Position numbers and translations under genes: made by a program. DNA of 64,000 nt, taken from contig NC_043003.1 of NCBI RefSeq assembly GCF_006345805.1, positions 76,260,001 to 76,324,000 of the forward strand, read 5' to 3'. Below are positions 37,500 through 51,131 of the stretch, piece after piece. This DNA comes from Octopus sinensis (Eukaryota). The first letter of the stretch is position 1, and each line of letters opens with the position of its first letter. The notes under the pieces are model-generated. The model saw only the letters and a program-made list of their open reading frames with translations, was not told the origin of the DNA and searched no databases.

Positions 37500-40184
37500 T
37501 AACCTGGTACTTCCACTTAACTAATTCAACTGTTTAAAGAATGCCTCAACAGCATTAAGTGCTTTATTCAACAGTGCCATTCTAGCAACATACCCATGAT
37601 GGGAGACTTCAATCTACCCTGTGTTGACTGGACTACAAACTGTTTGAAACCAAGCACTCCCGCCTCAACCGCTGACAAAGAAGCAGCAGAGTCACTTTTC
37701 GACTTTACGAATGAGTCTTTCTTGTCCCAACTTGTCCTTGCACCAACAAGACATCAGAACATTTTGGACCTAGTGTTTAGTAACCACACTAACACTATAC
37801 ATAACGTTACAGTGGGAAAAACCCTTTTTCAGACCATGACATGGTTCTCTGTAACATGAAATTCCACCAGCTGAAAGCTAATCCTAGTGACCTTCCTCCA
37901 GCCCACCCATTTGACAACATGGATCTCCATAATGCCAACTGGGATGCAATCAGGAACGAGCTATCACATGTTGACTGGTCCTTTACACATACACACATCT
38001 CCACCAACCATAAAACATCTTGGCAGATCTTTGTAGACACCGTCACAGACATATGTGCAAAACACTCCCCACCAAGACCTGTGAACAAAAAGTGCAGAAT
38101 CCCCCAAAACAGAAAAACCATTATCAGAAAAATAAAAAGAACAAACAAAAAAATTAACAAACTAAAGTACTGCCAACAGCAACACACACATTCGACGGCT
38201 ATCGCACTGCTTGAATCTAAAAAATATAACCTCCAACAATGCATGAAGACCCTCATCAATAACCAAAGATCAGCTGAGGAGAAGTGGGCCATTGAAAAAA
38301 TCAAACTCAACCCCAAAGTGTTCTTTTCCTTTGCGAGGAAACGCAGGGTCACTGTCTCCACTGTAGGCCCTCTAATTGACGAAACTGGCACTCTCCAAGA
38401 TAATGCCAAATCCATGGCCGAGATACTGCAGAAACAATACTGCTCTGTTTTCAGCAATCCTGATATGGCCGATCTGGGCTGTATCAGTGATGTCAACCCC
38501 CAACACACTATATCGGACATAACGTTTAGTGCCCCTGATGTCTTAGCGGCGATAAACGAAATAAAACACAATTCAGCAGTAGGCCCCGATAGGTTCCCTG
38601 CTTGTGTCCTGAAGGTGTGTCGACACCAACTTGCATCTCCCCTTGCTAATCTGTGGAGAAACTCACTGGATGCTGGCTATATTCCAAAAAACCTTCTGTC
38701 CCAGTCTGTTGTCCCAGTTTTCAAAAAGGGAAACAAGTCCCTTGCAGTGAATTACCGTCCGATCTCACTCACCTCTCATATCATCAAGGTATTTGAGAGG
38801 GTGGTGAGATCTCGAATAACCCAATTTCTGGAAAGCAACAGACGGCTGATCTCCAACCAACATGGGTTCCGTAATGGAAGGGACTGCCTAACGCAACTCC
38901 TGCATCACTTTGAGGACATTTTGAGAGCTTTGGGAGAGGGCTCCAACACCGATGTCATCTACCTTGATTTCAGTAAGGCCTTCGACAGGGTCGATCACAA
39001 GATCCTATTGAAAAAACTATCCAACATTGGTGTCTCTGGAAAGTTACTGAAATGGATCAAGTGTTTCCTGACAGACAGATCTCAACATGTTGTAGTTGAA
39101 GGGGTAAAATCAAGCCCAGCCAAAGTCAGTAGTGGCGTTCCGCAAGGCACTGTGCTGGGCCCACTTCTTTTCATCATTTACATTAATGACATTAATGACA
39201 TCATCAAGCATCTTTGCAGATGACTCCAAGCTACAGAAGGTCATAAATGAGGCGAGTGACCGGACATGCCTTCAGTCAGATCTACTGGCTGTTATCCAAT
39301 GGGCAGAAAAAAACAATATGCTGCTGAACGAGGATAAATTTGAGCTAATCCACTTTGGAAAAGAGGATGCCCTGAAACTCCCATACTCCCTTCCTTCAGG
39401 TGAAACTCTCGCGGCGTCCAACAACATCAGAGACTTGGGAGTAATTGTGGACAACAACATAAGCTGGGCCACTCATATAAACACCAAAGTTGACATGGCC
39501 CGCAGAATGTGTTCCTGGATTCTCAGAACTTTCCTGTCGAGAGATATCCACACCATTATCCTTCTCTTCTCCACTTTTGCCCGACCCCACCTTGAATACT
39601 GTTGTCCACTGTGGTCTCCCCACACAATACAAGGTATCATAAAAGTTGAAGCACCTCAAAGGGCAATCACAAAAAAGATAGATGGCATGACAGGCCTCGA
39701 CTATTGGGGTCGACTAGAAAAGCTAAAACTCTATTCTCTCCAACGTCGTCGTGAGCGCTACATCATCTGCATGATGTGGAAAATATTCCATCAGCATTGC
39801 CCAAATGATGTTGGCATCACCTTCAAGGTACATCCAAGGCTTGGGCCCCGTGCCATCCGCCCAAAACAAAAATCGCACTCTCATCTCATAACAACAATAC
39901 GGCACAATTATTTCACCTCAATTGGCCCCGCTCTCTTTAACATTACACCAAAACACATTAAAACAGAAACTCACGCTATAGGGTTCAAGAAGTCTTTGGA
40001 CAGATTCCTTCAAGAAATCCCGGATAAACCCCCTACACCCGGATATGTCTCTGTAAACAATAACTCTCTACTTGAGTGGGCCATAGTGCCCAAATCTGAC
40101 TTGAAAGACTTCACCAGGTGGTGCTATTAAGTTAGACATGGCTTGGGCCAATAATGGCCGAAACCTATCAAAGTATCAAAGTAA

Positions 40185-40185
<1 letters not shown>
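37500..40185 (+). mobile_element. 5'-truncated but young CR1-like LINE ORF2 (end of APE endonuclease, RT, C-terminal domain) with 3' UTR and (TATCAAAG)2 tail
   Basis: Three overlapping ORFs (37596-37859, 37841-39223, 39132-40130) join through two frameshifts. Motifs: MGDFNLP, ILDLVF, SDHD, SAVGPD, NYRPISLTS, QHGFR, YLDFSKAFD, GVPQGTVLGPLLF, IFADDSKL, RPHLEYCCPLWSP. No in-frame stops in the joined product. Confidence 0.95.
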
Positions 40186-40233
<48 letters not shown>

Positions 40234-40338
40234 ACGTCACTAAAGGTACTAGCTAGCACTAGCATTGCTAGAAGTAAGAGTGAAAACAACTGATAGCCAC
40301 AAAGTCATAATGTAAGTGATATATATATATATATATAT

Positions 40339-40387
<49 letters not shown>

Positions 40388-40896
40388 TACATATATGCAT
40401 GCATATTAGTATGTATGTATGTATTTAATTTGTTCTTGTTACATACTGAAAATAATTTATACAACCCACATATGAAGAAAGGGCTGTGCTGTTTTGCGCG
40501 AATAAATTTATATGTATATTTGAACTAAATTAACTGCGCATATGGTAGTAATTAATTTGACTGAGATGTTTTCTCGGGGAAATTTTGTGAAGATGATTAA
40601 AAGTGTTTTGTATAATAGGTTGCTGTAGATTTCTGTAATTTATTTGAATGATAGAGCGAAAGAAATCTGCCATTTAGTTAGAAAATCTATTCTGAATAAT
40701 AATGACTTTTTAATTGCCTGAAGCAAATGCATTAAAAACTGCTATTACTTCCTTGTTTTGCTTTTGACAGTTCGTCACTCGCGATAACGACCTGTTGTTC
40801 ATAAAGACATGAACTAATAATTGATTAGATATTGTAATTATTTTCCCTAAATCTAAGCTTTTCCTCTGCAGACTAACATATTTTGCAATGAAAGAT

Positions 40897-40982
40897 TTGA
40901 TAATCTACGTATTTTGCCATCGGCATTTAAACAGCTCCTTCCTCTGCAAGTACCACACCCACAACATGATACCGCCTCCAAA
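40897..40982 (-). mobile_element. Short Tc1-like transposase relic, copy 2
   Basis: See 35018-35103. Confidence 0.4.
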
Positions 40983-41464
40983 TTAAAGAAGGTATGAAAT
41001 TGAAACTCTTCCTTGATATGTGCATGTGAACGGATTCTTTGTAAGACTAGAATTTAAATTAAGACAGTCCACACCATCGGTGTCTACACTAATTGCAATA
41101 TATGGGTGCTGTTTCCATTAGAGTTTATCATTATCACTTTTAAATCGGATATTCTTGAATGATTACTTGATATTTCTCTTAAAGCGCCTCCTTTTACTGT
41201 TAGTTTTCCTAATATTCATTATTGAACCAAAAATTTTTAATTTGTCCAGATATCGAAACAATGGCCGTGTTTTTATTACTTATTCTCCATTATTGTAGTC
41301 GTGACCTTTTAACAGTTTTTTTTATGTATGTTACTCACAACATATATTCTGTTCAACAATAGGCGCAAGGACTGAAGTTTTGGCGGAACGTACGGACTGG
41401 CAAAATACCACTAAACATTTGTCCGGCTGCCGCCTTTACCTAGTCACAACACAATAAGATCGAT

Positions 41465-41880
41465 ATACCTATTTCTCTACTACTCACAAGGGGCTAAACA
41501 CAGAGAGGACAAACAAGGACAGATAAACGGATTAAGCCGATTACGTCGACCCCAGTGCGTAACTGGTAATTATTTTATCGACCCCGAAAGGATGAAAGGT
41601 AAAGTCGACCTCGGCGGAATTTGAGCTCAGAACGTAGCGGCAGACGAAATACATATTTCTTTATTACCCACAAGGGGCTAAACACAGAGAGGACAAACAA
41701 GGACAGATAAACGGATTAAGCCGATTACATCGACCAGAGTGCGTAACTGGTAATTATTTTATCGTCCCCGAAAGGATGAAAGGCAAAGTCGACCTCGGCG
41801 GAATTTGAGCTCAGAACGTAGTGGCAGACGAAATACCGCTAAGCATTTCGCCCGGTGTGCTAACGTTTCTGCCAGCTCGT
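41465..41880 (-). mobile_element. Tandem dimer of the core-domain tRNA SINE (tail type 2), period 184 bp
   Basis: GACGAAATAC occurs at 41643 and 41827; the body (CACAAGGGGCTAAACACAGAGAGGACAAAC...CCGAAAGGATGAAAGG) is present twice. Only the rightmost unit has the complete head. Confidence 0.9.
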
Positions 41881-44800
41881 CGATATACCGTGTCTGGATT
41901 CACATATCTTTTGTAAGATTATTTTCCTTATCCTATGAGCAATTTACTAACACTTTACATGTTCCTATCACCTCACTACATTCTTCATTTCACAATTTCT
42001 CTTTTCCCACAGTGTTCGTCTTCATATAGGTTTCAATCATTGAACTGCGATTATATTGTAGCACAGCCTTCAAATATTTCTAATTGAACATATCACTCCC
42101 AGTAGTTATTCAAGTTTAAATCTTTCAAATCGACCGCTCACTGGCGCATTTTGTAATAAGGAATAGAACAACTGTTTCTGGTACCGTTAAACTTAATGCA
42201 GAGCCACATGCTCGCACTTCATCATAGATTCTGGCTATCAAATTCCAACAACAAAGAGTTGGGTAACCTGAAGCACGATAATTACTCTTTTCCAAGGAGT
42301 CGTGCAATCAGATCAAGCCAATAATACGCCATAATTAATAAAACTCATGAGGCACAATGCTATTCAACTTCTCTTTGCGTGAGGTAATATATTTGAGGTT
42401 ATATAAAGCATTTTCGCTTTCTGAAGAATTAAAGACACAAATGTGAGACAGCTGATAGAGAACAAGAACAGAAACTTAGCGGTTCATTCGACTCAGGAGG
42501 TAAACAGATTTTTCGCTATGATATTTCACCTGATAAATAGACGCTTTGTTGGCGTTTATGCATTAGCAGTGTAGCAGAAATGCATGTTAGACGTTCTAAA
42601 CTTGCTAAAACGTTTTTCGCCTCACATAATCTTCTACTATAATAATACTCTTGTGTTTTTCTCCGTCACAACATATGAATGAGAAAGGAAAGGGTGATAG
42701 ATGAATAAGGAAGGAAGGGGTAATGGCAAACTTGAAAGTGGGACGATGGAAATTCTACGGTGAAAAAAATCGAACTGTTTCAACTCTGTGTGAGTATATG
42801 TGTGTGTATGTAAAAGGGAGGTATATGAATGCTTGTATGCGTGTGTGTCTGTCTGTGTATGTGTGTGCGTGTGCGTGTGTGCGTATGTGTGTGTGAACTT
42901 CATTCATTTATACATAGATACATATATTCAGACAGTCATTGAAATTAATACTAATTGGTGAAAATGGAAAGCACGACATTCTAAGCTGACCATGTAACAA
43001 ATTTTTAGGCATATAGGTAGATGCCTATACTCTAAGAAATGTGATGGAATTCCTTTGAAGTATTTTTTCTGAATGGAATAACTGTAGGGAGAGCAAATGT
43101 CTTAATAAGGCTAATGTATTAACGAACAATCCACTTTTGTAAGTAAAAGTGTGTAAAATTAATGGTTTTACAGCGTGATGAAAGTGATCTTGATAACTGA
43201 AATTTATCAATTGCGATGGAAAATAGAAACAACGCATGCAACCGTTCATCCCGAGATATTCTATTACATACGTAATTTATAAATATTCATCCCAAAGAGG
43301 TAGCTATTGAAGATATGTTTCAGGGAAAATAAGTATCACATTGCATAACACAGTTGTTGCATTGCAGAAGTATTAGTGACGTCAACGAAATGAAGACTGT
43401 TTAAGAGACTAATCGAAAGTATATAACCAACAACTGATTTCTTCATGATTCACAATATATGACGATGTTTAGAAATGTAGTAAGGTGCTGGGGAATTATG
43501 AAAGCCCTGAAGATATTATTGTTTGTTTTTCTTCGTGATATACAATAACAGGGAAATATTCATTGGTTTACGTGATATCTTCCTCAGATATATATTAAGA
43601 TTTCGACGTCGGACTGATAGTTAAGTGGCTTTTTTATTACTTTCTACCCCAAAGTTTACTAAACTAACAAGGTTGAATTAAACATTACTACTATTATTTT
43701 ATATCTATATAAATGATTTATCTTCATTCATTATTTGTCACTGGGAATCAGGGTTTGTTGATTGTGAGACATAGAAAATATTATCAAAGTTAGAAAGCCG
43801 TATCACATCAATTCACTGAAAATATTCTGATAGGTTTAGCACAACGAACACGTATCTTGTGACTCAATGCAACAACACTAGAATAAAAGTTTGTTACATG
43901 GTCACCTTGGACAGTCGTGCCTAACATTTTTACCCTTAAGTATTAATTTCAATGCCTGTCTGAATATATGAATCTATGTATAAATGACGTTCACAATAAA
44001 AACATTTTCTTCCAGAGTAAAGGATGTTCCATTGCAAATTTTGTAGTCATAACTACATACAAATACACACACATATACACATAAACACACGCATATATGT
44101 GTGTGTGCATATATACACACATACAGAGAGATAGATAGATTACAACAGTTGTATATATATATAGATATAGATATAGATATATATACACATACACACGCGC
44201 AAACGCATACACACGCATATATATAAAGCACATATATGTGTATGTAACTGTGCATGTGTGCATGCAACAATAAGAAAAAAATAAATTATTTCAACAAACA
44301 CTGCATACTGATCAACTGACCACGCGTCTATTTTAAATACATCATTGTTTGTCTCTTCATATTATTATGCCAACACCTACTGTGATTCCAATTACATCAT
44401 CTTCCTCAGGCCAAAATTTGCTTGAGAATGTCTGCAATTTCAGGAGAATGTGATATGGAAGGGTATTTTAATTACAGCTTTCAGTGCATTTTGCTTACCA
44501 TTAGGCGCAGGGGAACTAAAATTACGTCCGAGTTTATAATATGAACTGTAACTTACGTTAACAAACCTATGGACCTAAGATAGTGACATACACCTGATCC
44601 AACTATAGTAATCTAGAAATACAAACTACGGCGTAATTTGTATCATCAAACATACAACATATACAACAAAGCAAATACTCCATCTAAAGTTGCAGTTAGG
44701 TAAACTGGAACCTGTGATAGCATATAATAGCACAATAAACTTCATTATATAGTGGAGTTTATGCCGCTTCCACGGTGAGTCTCCATCGAATGCAGCCGAA

Positions 44801-45123
44801 ACAATTGTTGCGATAAATAAATCATCTTGTTACACTAGGTCTTCCGTATGAATCATTTAGTGTATGCATAAATATGGGGAATATTCATTACGCTGTATGT
44901 CTTGTTGCTCTGTTTGTTTTTTTTTGTTGTTCGAAAAAAAGTTCGTTTCTATGTTTTTGTTTTTATGTTTTTGTTTCACATTGTGTTCAACGTTCAATGT
45001 CTTGTACCCATATATATGCATGTTTATACACGTATATATATATATGTAGGTATGTACAAATATGTATGTATATATGCATATATATATATATATTTATATA
45101 TTTTTTATATTATTATATACATG

Positions 45124-45181
<58 letters not shown>

Positions 45182-45572
45182 ACACTACCCACCTAACAGT
45201 CACTTTAGCTGAATCATAATTCTAACTTGGCAATCAATAGGCATGTTCTATCCAACATATGAATTTGATTCGCCATCAGGCTGTACATTAATGTGAATGG
45301 TTGATAGTTTACAAGCTTTTGCCAAATTTCTGCCACGTTCTGTGCAACAATATCTGCAGGCGAGATTGAAATGTCTAAGCATATAAGAAATGTAATGATA
45401 TGTACAAATGTGTGTTTGTGTGTATGTGTATCTGAATATGTGTGTGTGTGTGTCTGTATGTGTGTGTAAATATATAGTGATGCAAGCACCGAAACACACT
45501 GGTATATATACACATACGCAGATACATGTATATACGCTGAATATATATACTTGTAATATCAGGCTTCTGAAT

Positions 45573-45606
<34 letters not shown>

Positions 45607-46433
45607 TATTGACATGTAATTCTCAATAAGCGTCTTCTTCTTTGACCAAAAGAACAGATTTAATTACATCACAAATACCACCCTCGAATTCTTCAGCCTA
45701 ATCAGTGTTTCTTGAAAGAGAAAATTTGAATTGTCCGTCAACATTTGAAACACGCTAACTTAAAAGTGCAGGTTGCTGGAGATCTGTATGATTGAGTATC
45801 TAAATATAATCTAAAATTCTCTCTCTTTATACTTTCAATATATCAGCCACGAACGTTACATGTGGAAGGCGACAATATCACCTATGATTTCATACCGCTT
45901 CAACTGCCTTTCTGAACGCTGCTGGCCTACATGTCAAATATATGCCCATCTATAACCAAAGACAAAATACATTTCGGACGAATGTACACAGCCAAGGCTG
46001 ATGCTGGTGTAATCTATGACAAAAGTTATGTGCTACAAGTATCTTCACAATGAGGATAATAACTAGTGCTATATATTTCTTTGCAAGCTCATAGTAGAGA
46101 TATTATCAAGCGGGTTATAATCAAATATTTGCAACAAGTAAATGATTATTCTCGAAATTGCACCGGATATAATGTAGTCTACAAAAATCTACCATTGGAA
46201 AAGTTAACAGATTTGAATGCATCTTGCTATTACCTTTGCAGAGAGAAAACTAAGAAGATGGCCTTGAAATGTTTTATCGCTGACTGGTTGTACCAATCAA
46301 CATATAAAGAAGTTCACGCCTCTAGGTTTATAAAATCTACACGAACTATATTTGAAATGAAATGGCTTTAGTTGTGTATGGATATATTCACACATATGTA
46401 TATATATATATATATAATATATATGGATATGTG

Positions 46434-46554
<121 letters not shown>

Positions 46555-46659
46555 CAACTTATAAATAAGGGCAAACGAAAAAATTTCTAATGTCAAATAT
46601 GCCGAAAATTGGACATATTGTCTATTTACCATTTTTTTCCCCATATATATTTATACATA

Positions 46660-46867
46660 TATTGTTGATTCGTTAGCTACTGCACGCATTTTTTTTCTCT
46701 CCTTCTTTCTGTGTTTTTTTTCTCTCTGTGTATCTTTCTGTTGAAGAGCGTAGGCTCGAAACGTTAAAGACTTGTTTTATTTATATTTCCTGAGCGCCAT
46801 ACTAATACAATTGTTCGTTTGTTTTCCACCTGCCTTCGTCTTTTGTCTATTTTCATAAAGCTTCCCG

Positions 46868-46868
<1 letters not shown>
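46660..46868 (+). mobile_element. Young (TA)n-associated repeat with hammerhead-like motif at 46733-46770
   Basis: Reverse-complement near-identity to 35899-36110. Confidence 0.8.
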
Positions 46869-46924
<56 letters not shown>

Positions 46925-47788
46925 TGTATATATATCAAACACAGGCACACATATACACGGGCGTGCATGCAAAGTTCACACATTTCATTCTCTTGAAGGA
47001 TTCAGTCCCTGGATGATCGTCATTATACATGATTCCATGACTTGATTTCGGAAGCACATAAACACACGCGTACATACATGCATACGCACGCACATGCACA
47101 CACACGCACGCACACACACACACACCACACACACACACACACAGAAATCTTCATGATTGGAATATAACTTAAACAATACCACACATGACATATACCTATT
47201 GCATAATTCCATTGTTCCACTGATACTCTGTATTTTTAATGTGCGTGTTAGCTTGAGGATTTTATAAAAAAACATTGTTATATATGCCGCACTATCACTA
47301 CACATACTGCAATTCTCTCATACCAACTCAGACTTGACGAATCATACTCATGATTGCAAGATCGTATTCGTGAAGGTAACGTATGTATCGCATATCTATG
47401 CCGCTATTTTGCGAGAAGTAGATATTCTGCATTTTTGTTTATGATATGATATTTCTGCGAGATTGTATATCCTGGTTACTGCATTTTATAAAGACTGAAA
47501 CAAAACGAATAAAACATTGTTTCTGTGATGACAGTTGGTTAAAATTTCTCTGCTGAGCGATAAATATTTCATAAGTCTACGTAGAATGGGACATTGTTAC
47601 TGTCACGTTAAGTCTGTTCAGGAAAGATTACTGATTCAAGAGCAATATCTTCAGCTACACATTCTTTCCCTGTCAATCCCAAAGACATTATATTGATATG
47701 TGTATTTCAGAATTTATGTTTCATTTTCTTGAAAAGATTGCACCCGAAATGCTATTCATTATACTTGATTCCATAACTTGATTCTGCA

Positions 47789-47834
<46 letters not shown>

Positions 47835-47858
47835 CACACACACATATGCACACACACG

Positions 47859-47913
<55 letters not shown>

Positions 47914-47919
47914 ATACAT

Positions 47920-48115
47920 ACATATGGTTGGCGAGTTTTTTCTCTCTGTTTTCCCTTCTCTGGATCTTTCCTTCTCCTATATTTCCGACGAAGAGCTCCG
48001 CTCGAAACGTTAAGCCCTCCTTCTTTCCTTCTTTCCTGAGCGTCCAATAATACTATATTTGTTCCACGTCCTCGCGTTGTTGTGTTTTTTTGTGCTTTCT
48101 TGTTTGGATTAACTT
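47920..48115 (+). mobile_element. Related repeat with hammerhead-like motif at 47982-48014
   Basis: Shares the pyrimidine-rich leader, GAAGAGC..GCTCGAAACGTTAA and the downstream TTTCCTGAGCG with the 46.7-kb copy. Confidence 0.65.
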
Positions 48116-49277
48116 TACATACATCCATACATATATGCTTATATCTGTGTGTGTAAGTATTTATTTAGTTATCTATAAAATAAAGAATATAGCCCTCAAA
48201 ATTCCGCGCAAAATATTTTACTCAGTTTCTTCATTCCGATTTTCAAAACAGTGAACATATTCTGATAAAACATTGCATACAGGAAAGTTAGACGTTTGGG
48301 AAAGAGGAAGAACGAGCAATGTAATTTTCAGAATCTTAGGTCATGTAAAACTATATTAATATTTCTTCGATAATTAAGGACTGGTTACTCTTTCATACTA
48401 TTCTCTGATGTGTTAATTAACGAATAATTAAAAATGAATTATTTATATTCGGAATCTGTTGTAAGCACAAAAATATAAACTCAGAAACGGTAAAAAGAAT
48501 AACGGCGCATACTTTTGAACTGGGAATCAAACAAATCTAATTAAATATTTATATTTCGGAAAGATTATTTTCCTCAGTTACCTGAATTGCTTAGAAAGAC
48601 ATTGTGTATAGAGGGAATTATTTCTTATTCAACATTCAGACTACATTTCACGCATTTCCTATAAGCTTAGAAGTGCCAGCCTTCTTATAGAAATAAGAAA
48701 TTAGAAATTATTTTGAGAAATATAATAACAGTCCGTAAATAGAATTAATCTCACAAACCAGAGTAATGCTCTAAAGTCCAAGGAAACTAGGCTGGCGGCC
48801 ACAGACTTTTGAAGTTAATGCGAATTATAAGAGGTTTCCGGATCTCAATGTCGGGGAAATCGTTTCTGTACCTCAATTGTTTAAAGATAACACAAAATAT
48901 AGCTTTATTTAAGTGGTTCTGGCGCTTCGTCAGAACATATTAAGAATATTATTTGAAATAGTTTAGCGAGATGAAGTAATTTACGGTTATAATGTAGGAG
49001 ACATTGCACTGTCTAAATGATGATGCTACTTCAGAATAATTTTACATGCAACCAAAAGCTGAACTTGTTTTCTGAATATGTTGGTGTGCTGTCAAACGAT
49101 TTTTAAATACCTTCAAGTCTGTACGGAAAATTAATATATACAATTATCTGGAATGCAAACAGGGTGCATTGGTGTTGTGAGATCATTTGTATGAATTTAA
49201 AAAAAAGATGCATAGCTTATCAGAGAAAAGCAGTATTTGAAAACAAATTTGTAAAATAAACCATGAGAATCCTTTCA

Positions 49278-50196
49278 TCATACCTGTTCAATGAATCCAC
49301 CGTTAGCTGCGTTAGTATAAAGTCGCAAGCATACCAGAATCGGATGACCTTCATCAATGTTGAAAATTGTGCTGGCAATGGAGGACTTGAAAGTATTTAT
49401 GATGTTATGGGGGTGTTGACTTACCTCTCTTTCACTACGTAATAGTTCAATGGATTGAGGAATGGTGAGCTAAGAAACTATGTGTCTGAAGAACATGATC
49501 ACGAAGACGGGCACGCATCCACGCTTGGGCTGCTCTAGTCTTATGAGACGTCCCAGAGTCTTGTCGAAAAAGTACGGTCTTCTATTGCGTAATCTGGCCC
49601 CAGAACTTTCTCCAACTTTTTTTGTGGAGACAGCGGTATTGAAGCAAAACTGGGAAACAAAAATGAGAAGGCATGGCACCTCCCCCTTCGCTAACGACTT
49701 ACAGAACAACCCACTGTTGCTAGGAATTTAGCATGTTTTCGGTTACGTTGGTCGAAGTTTTTACTCATCAAGTATAAAGCAAAGCATTCCAGCCTCTTAT
49801 TTCTTTTTCACCTGTTTAACAACAGCTTTTCACGGATCGAACGATTCTCTTTTGTCTCGTCCGACATATACTAACTGTTCAGCATCACAAGCGACTTGGA
49901 CAAGGTTTTTTCATGTACGACCATTTTGAGGGTGCATATTGAAAATTTGAGAGGCTTTGCAAAGGCTGTGATTGTCATTCCGGGATTTTTATCGATTATT
50001 TCTTGGCAGTTATGGACAAAGTTATGAATTCTGGTGGTCTTAGGATCCTGAACCTGTATTTTAATCTAGCTGCTGATGTTGGATCCCAGTCAGCATCTAA
50101 AGGCAAAACGCCGGATTGGGCAGCCTTCAGGAATTAAGCCATCTCTATATCCCAATGATGCACTTTTAAGGCAATTATTACAGCGTACATTTTCAT
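49278..50196 (-). pseudogene. maT/mori-type (DD37D-like) Tc1/mariner transposase relic
   Basis: The minus strand reads MKMYAVIIALKVHH, EIIDKNPGMTI, VVHEK, KNFDQ, RPYFFRQDSGTSHK, NPLNYYV, HPHN and a terminal GGFIEQV*, with many frameshifts. Confidence 0.75.
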
Positions 50197-50672
50197 TCGT
50201 TGAGCCAAAGTGATATCTGACATTATATATCTGAAAAGAAAGGTAAAAAATACATTAGAAGAAAGTTAGAGCTCTTTAAATAGGTGTACTCAAACTAACT
50301 ATTGCGCGTGCTTAGAACTGCCGAATCCCTAATAACGTATGCACATATCTAATAGAAAATTCAAATTTTTTTCAGTTACATACAATTGTCCTGAAATATT
50401 AACAATTTCGGACAGTGTAATAAGTGAGAAGTTCTTAAGAATATTGAGTACTTCTTATACATAGGAAGAAAAATCAAATGTAAGACACTCTAACGTTAAA
50501 CTGGAAATATAGAGCCATCTCTACATACTTATTCCGGAATAGCAAGCAGGTGAAGAAAAAATAAATACTATTCAAGTGATGTAAGGGAAGGGCAACTTGA
50601 CTGTTTTGCTAAATAATTTCTGTATTGAACACATCGTAACTCTTTGTAGATGTGTGCAACACTCACACACAC

Positions 50673-50718
<46 letters not shown>

Positions 50719-51016
50719 ACACTCGCACACATAAATGACATAGTCAATTTATGAACGTACATAGCGTCACTAAAAGCTTAATGACAGATGATAGAGCTTA
50801 AAAAACCCAATCAATCATCCGACTGCATAATAGGAGAGACCTTCTACGAATGCAAAGGCATACGAACATGTATGAGTGATTGGGACATTTTTAATGTTTG
50901 AATATAGCTTTATTGGCGTATTGGCATATTTCTGACGCTGATTATGCCAAGATGCGTACGTATAGACGGATTGGAGTACTGCATGTCTTATATATACATA
51001 TCTATCTATCTCTCTC

Positions 51017-51052
<36 letters not shown>

Positions 51053-51058
51053 CGAGTG

Positions 51059-51131
<73 letters not shown>

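Noticed and set aside
37807-38571. 254-aa minus-strand ORF
   Set aside because: It is the antisense shadow of the LINE ORF2; the same applies to 39272-39905.
35018-40982. 86-bp direct repeats as boundaries of a large composite element or segmental duplication
   Set aside because: Similarity does not extend beyond ~86 bp and the segment looks like a Tc1-derived dispersed fragment.
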